Positions 8,881 to 16,200 of a stretch of DNA of 36,586 bases are shown one piece after another. The notes under the pieces are model-generated. The model saw only the letters and a program-made list of their open reading frames with translations, searched no databases and was not told the DNA's origin. This stretch comes from an uncultured virus (IMG/VR IMGVR_UViG_3300027805_000007) (Duplodnaviria; Heunggongvirae; Uroviricota; Caudoviricetes): IMG/VR virus record IMGVR_UViG_3300027805_000007, one strand, 5' to 3'. The translations under genes were made by a program, and so were the position numbers. Every line of letters starts with the position of its first letter. The first letter of the stretch is position 1.

Positions 8881-9533
8881 TCCATACCTGGTAGCCGTGG
8901 CTGATCAAACTTTGGTGCAGGTGCGTCTTGAGGTGTGCGACCACGACCAAGAACTTGTCGTAAAAACTGTTTACCACGCATAACATCACTTTTAGGGATA
9001 AGAGTCTCGCCTGGATAAGGGTCACGTCCCATTTTATACATGTCAGGGTCAGTTGAATATAAAGCATGAGTGTCTGTTGTTGATGCGTCTACGTTAGATG
9101 GGTGAGGTTGTACTAGTCCTTTAGCAATACCATGTTTGGCTAATTTAGAAGAATCTTGTGTTAAAGCATGATCTGATACAAAGTCAGTATCTGGGTGATC
9201 TTGTTTAGCAATTGCTAATAATGTTGGAATATGTTGACGCATTGTTGGGTTTGCGTAAGCGCCAGAGATTCTGGCACGTGCTCTAGTGCTTTTAAACAAT
9301 TCTGTTGCAGGTTCTGGGGTATCTGCGCTGAAGTCGTTAGGCGTATGTGACTCATCATTAACATGCGATATCTCTACTTGAGCATAAGGGTACCCACCAG
9401 ACCACATGCGTGCAATACCTTTATCAGGTGAGTAGTTGTCACTTACGGCTCTGTATGTCTTCCATGTAGGGTGATGACCGTATTCATCCGTTACATATTG
9501 CAACTTGTCGTTTGTGCGGTAATACTGAGCCAT
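8877..9533 (-). CDS. Hypothetical protein, possible degenerate GNAT fold; C-terminus DQPRLPGME
   Basis: RISGAYANPTMR..IPTLL...SDHALTQDSSKL pattern is only weakly GNAT-like. Confidence 0.6.
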   Translation of the reverse strand: MAQYYRTNDKLQYVTDEYGHHPTWKTYRAVSDNYSPDKGIARMWSGGYPYAQVEISHVNDESHTPNDFSADTPEPATELFKSTRARARISGAYANPTMRQHIPTLLAIAKQDHPDTDFVSDHALTQDSSKLAKHGIAKGLVQPHPSNVDASTTDTHALYSTDPDMYKMGRDPYPGETLIPKSDVMRGKQFLRQVLGRGRTPQDAPAPKFDQPRLPGME

Positions 9534-9787
9534 TATTTCATACTCCTACGGATTTGACCCATTTTATAGTCTGCAATCCCTGACTGGATGGTGTTCCAGT
9601 TCTTTTTAGCAAACTCAACGTGTTCTGGAGAAGCATCAGGCCATTCATGCCACGAGTCACCGTTCTCTGGAGTCACGATAGACCATGCATCATCTCCAGG
9701 ACCCCACACAGCCTCACGTGGGGCTTTAGCAATACGGAATGCTTTACCGTAGTGCTGGTCCCAGTTAATGGCTTCGTGTGCCCCCAT
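9533..9787 (-). CDS. Hypothetical protein
   Basis: TAATG-coupled; N-terminus MGAHEAINWDQH. Confidence 0.7.
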   Translation of the reverse strand: MGAHEAINWDQHYGKAFRIAKAPREAVWGPGDDAWSIVTPENGDSWHEWPDASPEHVEFAKKNWNTIQSGIADYKMGQIRRSMK

Positions 9788-10296
9788 TACTTCTTTTCCT
9801 TGCCTACTTCACCTACGTATGTCACACGACCTGCGGTGATTGCAGACTTAGGGATCATGAAAGAAACACTTCCTGCATCTTCTACTTTATTTCTGTACGG
9901 CTGTACACGACCATGCTTTAGAGTTTCTTCTCCTGTGCTTGGAACGGATTCCCACAGGCTTTGTTGTACTCCTGACATACTTCTTTGAAATACGTTAGTT
10001 TCCCCCATGCCAGGTGCATCATCATAAGTGACTGGCGACATCTCACGTGTGTCAACGTCATAGGCATGTATGTAAGGACGGATACCGCCACCAAGTTCAC
10101 TTGCGGCTTTATGGGTGCCAGCATGGATGATGTCTGGGTGGGTGTTGGTGTACGCAGCACCTTGTTCGTACTCCATCTCTCTTTGCCCTCTTAATATAAA
10201 ACCATGAGGTAGTTCTACTTCATGTGGTGGCTCAGCATCACGAGATGCATGGTAAACACGCATAATGTGTTCACCGACATGGTCTGACGCCGCCAT
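9787..10296 (-). CDS. ADP-ribosyltransferase-like protein
   Basis: RVYHAS...IIHAGTHKAA...YIHAYDV...YRNKVEDAGSVSFMI. Confidence 0.5.
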   Translation of the reverse strand: MAASDHVGEHIMRVYHASRDAEPPHEVELPHGFILRGQREMEYEQGAAYTNTHPDIIHAGTHKAASELGGGIRPYIHAYDVDTREMSPVTYDDAPGMGETNVFQRSMSGVQQSLWESVPSTGEETLKHGRVQPYRNKVEDAGSVSFMIPKSAITAGRVTYVGEVGKEKK

Positions 10297-10614
10297 CTAT
10301 TGACCCATCTTCTTTTTCCAGTTCGCACCAGCGTCAGATGAAGTTGGTCCAATGTCAATTGGTCCGTAGTGTTCTTCGGCGGTATTGAACATTGCGGTGG
10401 CAATGCCTCGCTTTTCATAGCGTTTGTTTGTGGCAATACCAAACACCATGTGTGGACGCTCACCACCTTCTTGGAAGTTGAGCATGACTCCTAGTCTGCC
10501 TGTAACGGTTTTACCACTGCGTGCTTCCACATCGCCAAACGGGTTTGCACGGATCGTGTGCTCTTTGCCACGGCTGTCTACAAACTGCTTACTGAGGCTC
10601 TCGTATGCTGACAT
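10297..10614 (-). CDS. GNAT-family acetyltransferase-like protein
   Basis: VFGIATNKRYEKRGIATAMF (acetyl-CoA-binding motif A)...SSDAGANW. Confidence 0.7.
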   Translation of the reverse strand: MSAYESLSKQFVDSRGKEHTIRANPFGDVEARSGKTVTGRLGVMLNFQEGGERPHMVFGIATNKRYEKRGIATAMFNTAEEHYGPIDIGPTSSDAGANWKKKMGQ

Positions 10615-10617
10615 TTA

Positions 10618-10977
10618 CTAAGCGTACCTTACTGGTACTTCCATATCTGGGTTGATGTCATTAGCCGTTACGACTCGGTGATGTCCGTCGCTGATTTGTA
10701 CGCCATTTTTACGGACACGTAGCGATATAGGGCTTTTAACACCCTCTTTTTTAATACTGTCATACAAACTTTCTTGTCCTGTTTTTTTAGGAAGATGTGC
10801 ACCAGCAGCAGCACCTGACTTAGATTCTTGCAACTTTTCTTTTATAAGTCCAGGAGACTCAGACAAAAATAAGTATTTGTCGCCATATCCTTCGGTATGT
10901 CCTGCGGTGTAGCCCATTAGTTCCCGTGCAGGGACAAACATAGATAACTGACCACTGAGATGTTCTTGCGCCGCCAT
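10618..10977 (-). CDS. ParB/Srx-like single-domain protein
   Basis: LYDSIKKEGVKSPISL...ISDGHHRVVTANDINP; N-terminus MAAQEHLSGQLSMF. Confidence 0.75.
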   Translation of the reverse strand: MAAQEHLSGQLSMFVPARELMGYTAGHTEGYGDKYLFLSESPGLIKEKLQESKSGAAAGAHLPKKTGQESLYDSIKKEGVKSPISLRVRKNGVQISDGHHRVVTANDINPDMEVPVRYA

Positions 10978-11135
10978 TACTTCTTCTTTCGTTCTTGCTT
11001 GGCTTTATTCTTCTCTAGCAGGTATTCAGGGTCACGCTTGGTAAAGCCTGCGGCTTGGTGGATCTCGGAGCGGGGCACAGGCTCACCATCTACCCACACA
11101 TAGTCATTGAACTGATTACCGTCTAGGCGTGGCAT
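10977..11135 (-). CDS. Small basic protein (52 aa)
   Basis: Manual translation MPRLDGNQFNDYVWVDGEPVPRSEIHQAAGFTKRDPEYLLEKNKAKQERKKK; TAATG overlaps at both ends. Confidence 0.75.
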   Translation of the reverse strand: MPRLDGNQFNDYVWVDGEPVPRSEIHQAAGFTKRDPEYLLEKNKAKQERKKK

Positions 11136-11638
11136 TATTCTTCTTTCCCGCCTCTGAACCTGATAGGTCCGTAACCATCGCTATCCCTACCAAAGTCACG
11201 ATGACCATGTATTTGGATGTTTGGGTGCCGTTCTGAGGCGCTACGCATGACATCCACCACTCTTGGGGTCATAATCTTGCCAAAATTGATACTAGAAGGC
11301 TTATGGGCCTCTACTAGGGCATCCATGGCTCGTCTAGGGATACCTTCACCCTGTACACCAGACCTCATATAACGGATATAGATACCGTCCCCACCGTCTT
11401 GTGTCTCATAATCAATCATTCCAGCGGCATTAGGGCCAGCACCAGGTGTTTTTACCTTCTTTGGCTTCTGCCCACGTCGCATTTCTGTGTTTACCGTGTC
11501 TGCCAGCGTGTATCCAGTAGATGTTACGTCAGGATGCCGAACTACAACTCGTCTAATTTGTGCAAAACCAGGGTATGAACTCTCAAGAGGGGAATGCTCT
11601 TGGTGTTCAATGCGAAATTGATCAGGATTAAGTGGCAT
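11135..11638 (-). CDS. GNAT-like protein (divergent)
   Basis: AGMIDYE...IYIRYMRSGVQGEGIPRRAMDAL; N-terminus MPLNPDQF. Confidence 0.55.
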   Translation of the reverse strand: MPLNPDQFRIEHQEHSPLESSYPGFAQIRRVVVRHPDVTSTGYTLADTVNTEMRRGQKPKKVKTPGAGPNAAGMIDYETQDGGDGIYIRYMRSGVQGEGIPRRAMDALVEAHKPSSINFGKIMTPRVVDVMRSASERHPNIQIHGHRDFGRDSDGYGPIRFRGGKEE

Positions 11639-12597
11639 TATTCCATCCCTGGCAAGCGTGGCTGATCGTACTTTGGTTCTTTTTTGCCTACAGGTGCCTT
11701 CTCTGGGTATATATCTTCACCACGGGCTACACGAAATGCTTTAATACGGTTGCTTTTGAAGGTTTCACGAGCAGGAACTCGGTTATCTGAGTACTTTGAG
11801 TCAGTGATGTGCTCTGGTTGGTAACCTTGAAAAGACGGGTCTGATGCTCGTAAAGCCCTTGATTGCCTTCTCGTTGTGCGAAATTTTGCTAATTGGTACC
11901 CCATAGCACGACCTTCTGCGGCTGGAAGGAACTGATTTTGACCTCGGTACAGTGCGTTTTCACTACGATTACGATCAAAGTCGTGTGGATCGTTTGCTTC
12001 GTCTAGAGCATGCCCAATTTCGTGAATAAGTGTCTTACCTGTGAGCGCTCCATGGTATGTATCAAAGTTTTGCTTTGGATTTTTCATAAGAATGGCGCCA
12101 GCATCCTCGTCTTCGGAGACTGGTGACTCCCCACCTGGGTAATATTCACCAGCAATGCCTTTAGGAAGGCTCACACCAGTGTGTATCTCCATGTTGTTGT
12201 AGTCAGTCAACGCACGTATCTCATCTGTATCCATTGTGGAGCGAGCAATAGTGTCGTAGACAAAAGCCCTTTCTCGTTGTGGGCTTTGCGGACCCCAAAC
12301 TGGGTCGTTTCCTGATTCCTCAGTATGGGAATGAATGTATGGCATTGCTTCACCAACTTCAGCCCTACGCTGAGGTGTAAAGCCTTTAGGCCACACATGC
12401 TCATGAAACAGTTTTCCTTGCCCGTGCTTGCCTACAGGATGCTGTTGACCTGGCTTCACGTCGGAAAATTTAGGAACACGTGCCTTAATTGTTCCCGAAA
12501 ACTCAGGGTCACCCGTCTCAAAGGCATTCTTTTGCTCTTGAAACTTCTCCCAGTCAATCTGTTTGGGAGTTCTATAGTTGTCAGTCCAGAATGCCAT
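11638..12597 (-). CDS. Zincin-type metallopeptidase-like protein
   Basis: AGEY...ILM...TLIHEIGHALD (HExxH)...AEGRA; C-terminus DQPRLPGME. Confidence 0.7.
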   Translation of the reverse strand: MAFWTDNYRTPKQIDWEKFQEQKNAFETGDPEFSGTIKARVPKFSDVKPGQQHPVGKHGQGKLFHEHVWPKGFTPQRRAEVGEAMPYIHSHTEESGNDPVWGPQSPQRERAFVYDTIARSTMDTDEIRALTDYNNMEIHTGVSLPKGIAGEYYPGGESPVSEDEDAGAILMKNPKQNFDTYHGALTGKTLIHEIGHALDEANDPHDFDRNRSENALYRGQNQFLPAAEGRAMGYQLAKFRTTRRQSRALRASDPSFQGYQPEHITDSKYSDNRVPARETFKSNRIKAFRVARGEDIYPEKAPVGKKEPKYDQPRLPGME

Positions 12598-12614
12598 TTA
12601 CATAGTATAGATGG

Positions 12615-13001
12615 TTACTCTACTTCAAGTACATTCTCTGGAGGGATGTGACCCCAGTGCATTGCTGAACCTGTTTGCCGAAGGCTATTCTTCCAGTCAC
12701 TAGAATCGTCAGTACGTAGTTTAGATTCATCAAAATTTCTATTTACACTTGTGTGTACAGGATCCTCAAAGGAGTTCCAGTCTACTTGAAGGTTTCTTGG
12801 GTTCACACGAACTTTTACGATTGCTGGGTCTTTGTGCATGCTGGCGTAGTGTTCAGCCAATTCACGATCAGGTGTTACATAAACATTGGGCTTACCGAGT
12901 CCTGTACGTGCCCCTAGACCATCTGCTTTGATATTTGTGGCATTTTCTTTTGAAGTCCCATGGTACATATGCATGTGGAATTGATCGGGACTGAGAGCCA
13001 T
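12615..13001 (-). CDS. ADP-ribosyltransferase / Tpt1-like fold protein
   Basis: MYHGTSKENATNIKADGL...VYVTPDRELAEHYA...AIVKV...GHIPPENV; N-terminus MALSPDQF. Confidence 0.7.
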   Translation of the reverse strand: MALSPDQFHMHMYHGTSKENATNIKADGLGARTGLGKPNVYVTPDRELAEHYASMHKDPAIVKVRVNPRNLQVDWNSFEDPVHTSVNRNFDESKLRTDDSSDWKNSLRQTGSAMHWGHIPPENVLEVE

Positions 13002-13018
13002 AAATCAAGTATAGATGG

Positions 13019-13420
13019 TTACTGTTTAGACTGTTCGTTTTCTCGGTGTGTATGAGCAGGGAGACGCTCTGATTGAGCCTCTTTGGGTGTTCCATAGGTA
13101 ATTGGAACAAACATGGTCGGGTCAATGTCATGTGCGGCTGCAACACGGTGATAACCGTTGCGGATCCCTAATTCACGTCCCTCTACCCCGACACGGACAG
13201 GATTGACGATTCCTTCACGTTGCACGCTCTTATAGATGCCTGAGTCGTAGGCTTCGTCGCTTTTACGGTTCCAGAACGATTCATCTTCAGAAACTTGACG
13301 ACCTGCACGGGTTTGTGTAGGAGCATCTGCTGTAGTCATCTCACGAGGGTGGATTGGCATGTCACGGAGCATTTTTACAGGCATGAACAACTGACCGTTG
13401 AGGTGGTGCCATGATGCCAT
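13019..13420 (-). CDS. ParB/Srx-like single-domain protein
   Basis: IYKSVQREGIVNPVRV...IRNGYHRVAAAHDIDP; N-terminus MASWHHLNGQLF. Confidence 0.75.
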   Translation of the reverse strand: MASWHHLNGQLFMPVKMLRDMPIHPREMTTADAPTQTRAGRQVSEDESFWNRKSDEAYDSGIYKSVQREGIVNPVRVGVEGRELGIRNGYHRVAAAHDIDPTMFVPITYGTPKEAQSERLPAHTHRENEQSKQ

Positions 13421-13437
13421 ATTTCAAGTATAGAGGG

Positions 13438-13695
13438 TTACTTGTGACGCAAAGCGGCTTTAATGACTCCCGCTTTTTTATCCGCAATACCCTCGGGACC
13501 AGCATCACGCTCTGAACGGTAGCGGTTGACATTATTTTGCATACTTTGCGCTAGTTCTTCCCGTGGAATGGAGTGATGCGTGGAGGTTTTGGGGTCACGT
13601 ATAGACAATTCGTAGTCAACAATCTTGTTAACAAGACGTGGCGTGGGGCGATAAATAATAGCCCTGAACTGGTCAATGTTTACCTTGTCTTGCAT
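13438..13695 (-). CDS. Hypothetical protein
   Basis: First gene of the leftward arm; N-terminus MQDKVNIDQF; TATACT 6 nt upstream. Confidence 0.65.
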   Translation of the reverse strand: MQDKVNIDQFRAIIYRPTPRLVNKIVDYELSIRDPKTSTHHSIPREELAQSMQNNVNRYRSERDAGPEGIADKKAGVIKAALRHK

Positions 13696-13797
13696 AAAAC
13701 AAGTATAGGGCTATTTGGGCGAGGTGGGTGGTCGGTCGGATTTTTGAATGGGGCTATCTGGTAGTGGAGCGTTGGGTGGGGCCTCTCTCCTACCCCC

Positions 13798-13811
13798 CGA
13801 ACACCCGTTCG
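13798..13811. promoter_or_regulatory. LexA SOS box (Gram-positive/actinobacterial type)
   Basis: CGAAC-ACCC-GTTCG, a perfect match to CGAAC-N4-GTTCG. Confidence 0.65.
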
Positions 13812-13834
13812 CCCCCGCTTAACCATGGGGGTAC

Positions 13835-13931
13835 TTATCCACAGGGTACTCCATACCCCATAAGGGTTTGCTGGGTTATCCACAGCCCCCCCTGTGGATA
13901 TCCTGTGGATACTGTGGAACATTGTGGAACA
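13835..13931. promoter_or_regulatory. Cluster of six DnaA-box-like 9-mers
   Basis: TTATCCACA at 13835 and 13876 (perfect). Reverse copies: TGTGGATAT 13893, TGTGGATAC 13904, TGTGGAACA 13913 and 13923. Confidence 0.75.
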
Positions 13932-13970
13932 TTGGGTTAGGGGCGCCTAACACCCGTAAGGCTCACCTAA
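13932..13970. promoter_or_regulatory. Two tandem IdeR/DtxR-like boxes
   Basis: TTGGGTTAGGGGCGCCTAA and ACCCGTAAGGCTCACCTAA, each 14/19 to TWAGGTWAGSCTWACCTWA, 20 bp apart. Confidence 0.5.
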
Positions 13971-13972
13971 CA

Positions 13973-14020
13973 TGTGACGATCGTCACACTCATTGTTACA
14001 ATGTCGTGACATTCGTCACA
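13973..14020. promoter_or_regulatory. Two CRP/GlxR-type boxes
   Basis: TGTGA-CGATCG-TCACA (13973-13988, perfect) and CGTGA-CATTCG-TCACA (14005-14020). Confidence 0.7.
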
Positions 14021-14421
14021 AAGCCTTGACAAGCCCCCACCTCATATGCCCTCGCTTCAGGATGCGTTCTAAGAGGAGCAGGGGCGTTTTCAAGTAAATA
14101 TGCATTTTCAGGAATTAAACGCTTCCTGAGGCTTCTGATCAACCTAGAAATGGGGCTATGAGCCTTACTGGGTAAGGGTTTGCGGGGTATCGGTAGGTAT
14201 ATAAGACCCTCCACAATCGCCCCAGTTGCTATCAACCTCCTCCCGTCTCAAAATCGCCCTACGCCTCTCAGAACGGCTCCTAATGCGTCTCAGGGCATTT
14301 CCCAGTATTCATTGGAAACCTGCATTTCCTCCCTCTCTACTCCCTCCATCCGATGGATGGCTGTCGCTTTGGGCGCCCTTTTCCAGCCCTCTGACCGCCG
14401 ATCCCCCGCTGGAGGAGGCTC

Positions 14422-14483
14422 AAAAGAATTTAAAGAAATTGTTCAGAAACTATTGACAGATGTACACCCCATGTGCCTATGCT
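14422..14483 (+). promoter_or_regulatory. Candidate early promoter (A-rich UP tract, TTGACA, TATGCT)
   Basis: TTGACA at 14453-14458 and TATGCT at 14478-14483; the 19-nt spacer is atypical. Confidence 0.4.
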
Positions 14484-14539
14484 GGGGGTGGAGGCGCTAG
14501 TCCCCTCCGCAGGTTCCTTGACAAGTGGCAGGTACGGCA

Positions 14540-14563
14540 CGCAGGCTTCGCCCTGCGCTTTTT
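14540..14563 (+). terminator. Hairpin plus U-tract (possible attenuator/terminator in the early leader)
   Basis: CGCAGG-CTTCGC-CCTGCG-CTTTTT. Confidence 0.45.
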
Positions 14564-14604
14564 GCGTTCCTGCCCTCAGAATCAAACATGGTTCAAAATT
14601 CCTC

Positions 14605-14738
14605 AGCGTCACGGGCGGGCTTCGGCTTGCTCGTGGCGCTCAATGAGCGCTGGGGACACTCCCCCTGCTCCAGCGCTGATTGAGCGTCACACACGCTCCG
14701 ATGGCACACAGCCTTCGCAGTCCTGAGGAGGACACACC
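14605..14738 (+). repeat. Structured intergenic element type B (tandem long hairpins plus SD hairpin)
   Basis: AGCGTCACGGGCGGGC-TTCG-GCTTGCTCGTGGCGCT; second stem at 14637-14686; GTCC-TGAGGA-GGAC. Confidence 0.7.
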
Positions 14739-15164
14739 ATGAACATCAAAGATGAGCAATTCAGCAACTTGATCAAGTACAACGATCACGGTCAGGCTCA
14801 ATACAGCCCTGAGGCTGTAGCACTTCGCTTCGCTGGAATCTTGGCTGACATCACCAAGCGCAAGGCTTCATCGGCAGACCGAGCACTATGGGCTTCAGTC
14901 CCTCAGATCGGCGCCGATGCCAAGCGCTTGGACATCGTCAAGGACTTCAGCATTCGCTGTGCCGAAAAGGGATACATCAGTGACCTACTCGGTTACGGGG
15001 ATCTTGGCGGGCAGGTCGGCGTTGTCACGGAAGTGCGGGAGATCCGCAAGCGTGACGGTCGTACGGCGGTGGATGTTGAGATCGTTTTCTTCAACCACAC
15101 GACTATTGGCAAGTACCGCAGTGACTCAGCCAAACGGCGCAAGTTGCAATTCATCAAGGGCTGA
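14739..15164 (+). CDS. Hypothetical protein
   Basis: GAGGAGG SD, ATG start. Confidence 0.85.
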   Translation: MNIKDEQFSNLIKYNDHGQAQYSPEAVALRFAGILADITKRKASSADRALWASVPQIGADAKRLDIVKDFSIRCAEKGYISDLLGYGDLGGQVGVVTEVREIRKRDGRTAVDVEIVFFNHTTIGKYRSDSAKRRKLQFIKG

Positions 15165-15172
15165 CACAGCCT

Positions 15173-15257
15173 CCCCGCACGACTCGGTCGTGGGCTTCAA
15201 TGCCAATGCGGGACTACTGGCAACCGCCAGTTACAACGACCCGAGGAGGTCAACACC
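15173..15257 (+). repeat. Structured intergenic element type A, copy 1
   Basis: CCCGCA CGAC-TCG-GTCG TG GGC-TTCAAT-GCC AA TGCGGG AC, then a hairpin, then GACC-CGAGGA-GGTC. Confidence 0.85.
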
Positions 15258-15788
15258 ATGACATACGACGCAAACTGGGGTAACACCCCTGCCTACAAGG
15301 CTCATGTGGAAGCCCACGGAAGCGGTGACGGGTTCACCAACGCCAACGGTTATCCAAAGGAGCCTGTCAACTCCATCATGTGGGCGATGTTGGGAACTGG
15401 TGTCAGTTCAATCACCGAGAAGAACATCTCGGAGGTGTACGCACGCTTGAAGTTCCACGAGATCGTCTTCAACAATGGTGTGTGGGGTCAGCGATACATC
15501 GGAGTAGATCCGACCAATGAAGCCCTCTCGGTCAACTGGGAGAACTACACGCTGACGCCTGACATGGTGGCGCAATGTCTGAGTTTGAGCACCAACAATT
15601 CAACTGAGTCACGCAGTGCGTGGGTCAAGCGAGTGGTGGCTTACATTCAGAACGACCGCTACTGCACCAAGGCGAAGGAGTTGTACTTCGGCAAGTCAAT
15701 GACGCCGACCAAGTGCATTCAACACGCACTGGACGGTTGGAAACTGGAGTACGAGGCAAGCGTTGAGGTGCTCAGTCACGCAGTGTGA
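15258..15788 (+). CDS. Hypothetical protein
   Basis: GAGGAGG SD, ATG start. Confidence 0.85.
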   Translation: MTYDANWGNTPAYKAHVEAHGSGDGFTNANGYPKEPVNSIMWAMLGTGVSSITEKNISEVYARLKFHEIVFNNGVWGQRYIGVDPTNEALSVNWENYTLTPDMVAQCLSLSTNNSTESRSAWVKRVVAYIQNDRYCTKAKELYFGKSMTPTKCIQHALDGWKLEYEASVEVLSHAV

Positions 15789-15798
15789 TTGAGTTCTT

Positions 15799-15885
15799 CC
15801 CCCCAGCGGTTCAGCCGTGGCGATTCAATTCGCACTGGGGACTAGCGGAGCGAACGCTCCGTGAATATGCCTGAGGAGGCACACC
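15799..15885 (+). repeat. Structured intergenic element type A, copy 2
   Basis: CCCCAG CGGT-TCA-GCCG TG GCGA-TTCAAT-TCGC A CTGGGG AC ... TGCC-TGAGGA-GGCA. Confidence 0.9.
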
Positions 15886-16098
15886 ATGATTAAGAGGGAA
15901 CACGGAAGTAATGCATACCGAGCACATTGCAACGGGTGCAAAGCAACTGGAGTCCACACCTACACAACGGTGACATCGTTGATAGAGGACATGACCCGCA
16001 AGAATCCATTCACAGGCAACTGGAGATTCGTGCCGTCATCAACCACAAGGGCACAGCGAGCCTTGTGCCCAAGTTGCGTCAAGTACAAAGTGCGTTAA
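15886..16098 (+). CDS. Small zinc-finger protein (CxxC...CxxC)
   Basis: CNGC and CPSC motifs; SD present. Confidence 0.75.
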   Translation: MIKREHGSNAYRAHCNGCKATGVHTYTTVTSLIEDMTRKNPFTGNWRFVPSSTTRAQRALCPSCVKYKVR

Positions 16099-16116
16099 GT
16101 AATCCCGCAACGCATT

Positions 16117-16200
16117 CCCCCAGCGACTAGGTCGTGGCTCTTCAATGAGCACTGGGGACTGTGAGCGACCGCTCACTACAACGACCTGAGGAGGTCAACC
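16117..16200 (+). repeat. Structured intergenic element type A, copy 3
   Basis: CCCCAG CGAC-TAG-GTCG TG GCTC-TTCAAT-GAGC A CTGGGG AC ... GACC-TGAGGA-GGTC. Confidence 0.9.

Larger units (their letters stand above)
12604..13707 (-). promoter_or_regulatory. Four repeated leaderless -10 elements (CTATACT-N6-ATG) at 12604-12609, 13008-13013, 13427-13432 and 13702-13707
   Basis: Identical hexamer exactly 6 nt before four consecutive start codons; no SD present. Confidence 0.75.

Noticed and set aside
13835..13931. Bacterial chromosomal oriC
   Set aside because: No dnaA, dnaN, rpmH or gyrB nearby; all flanking genes are phage-like.
14090..14112. Zur/Fur box
   Set aside because: Only one half-site (ATTTTCA) matches.
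13680..14726. ORF-track entries in the divergence region (13680-13922, 13728-13940, 13996-14235, 14180-14500, 14226-14456, 14430-14612, 14460-14726)
   Set aside because: No SD or leaderless signal, atypical composition, and they overlap operator-like motifs; treated as non-coding.
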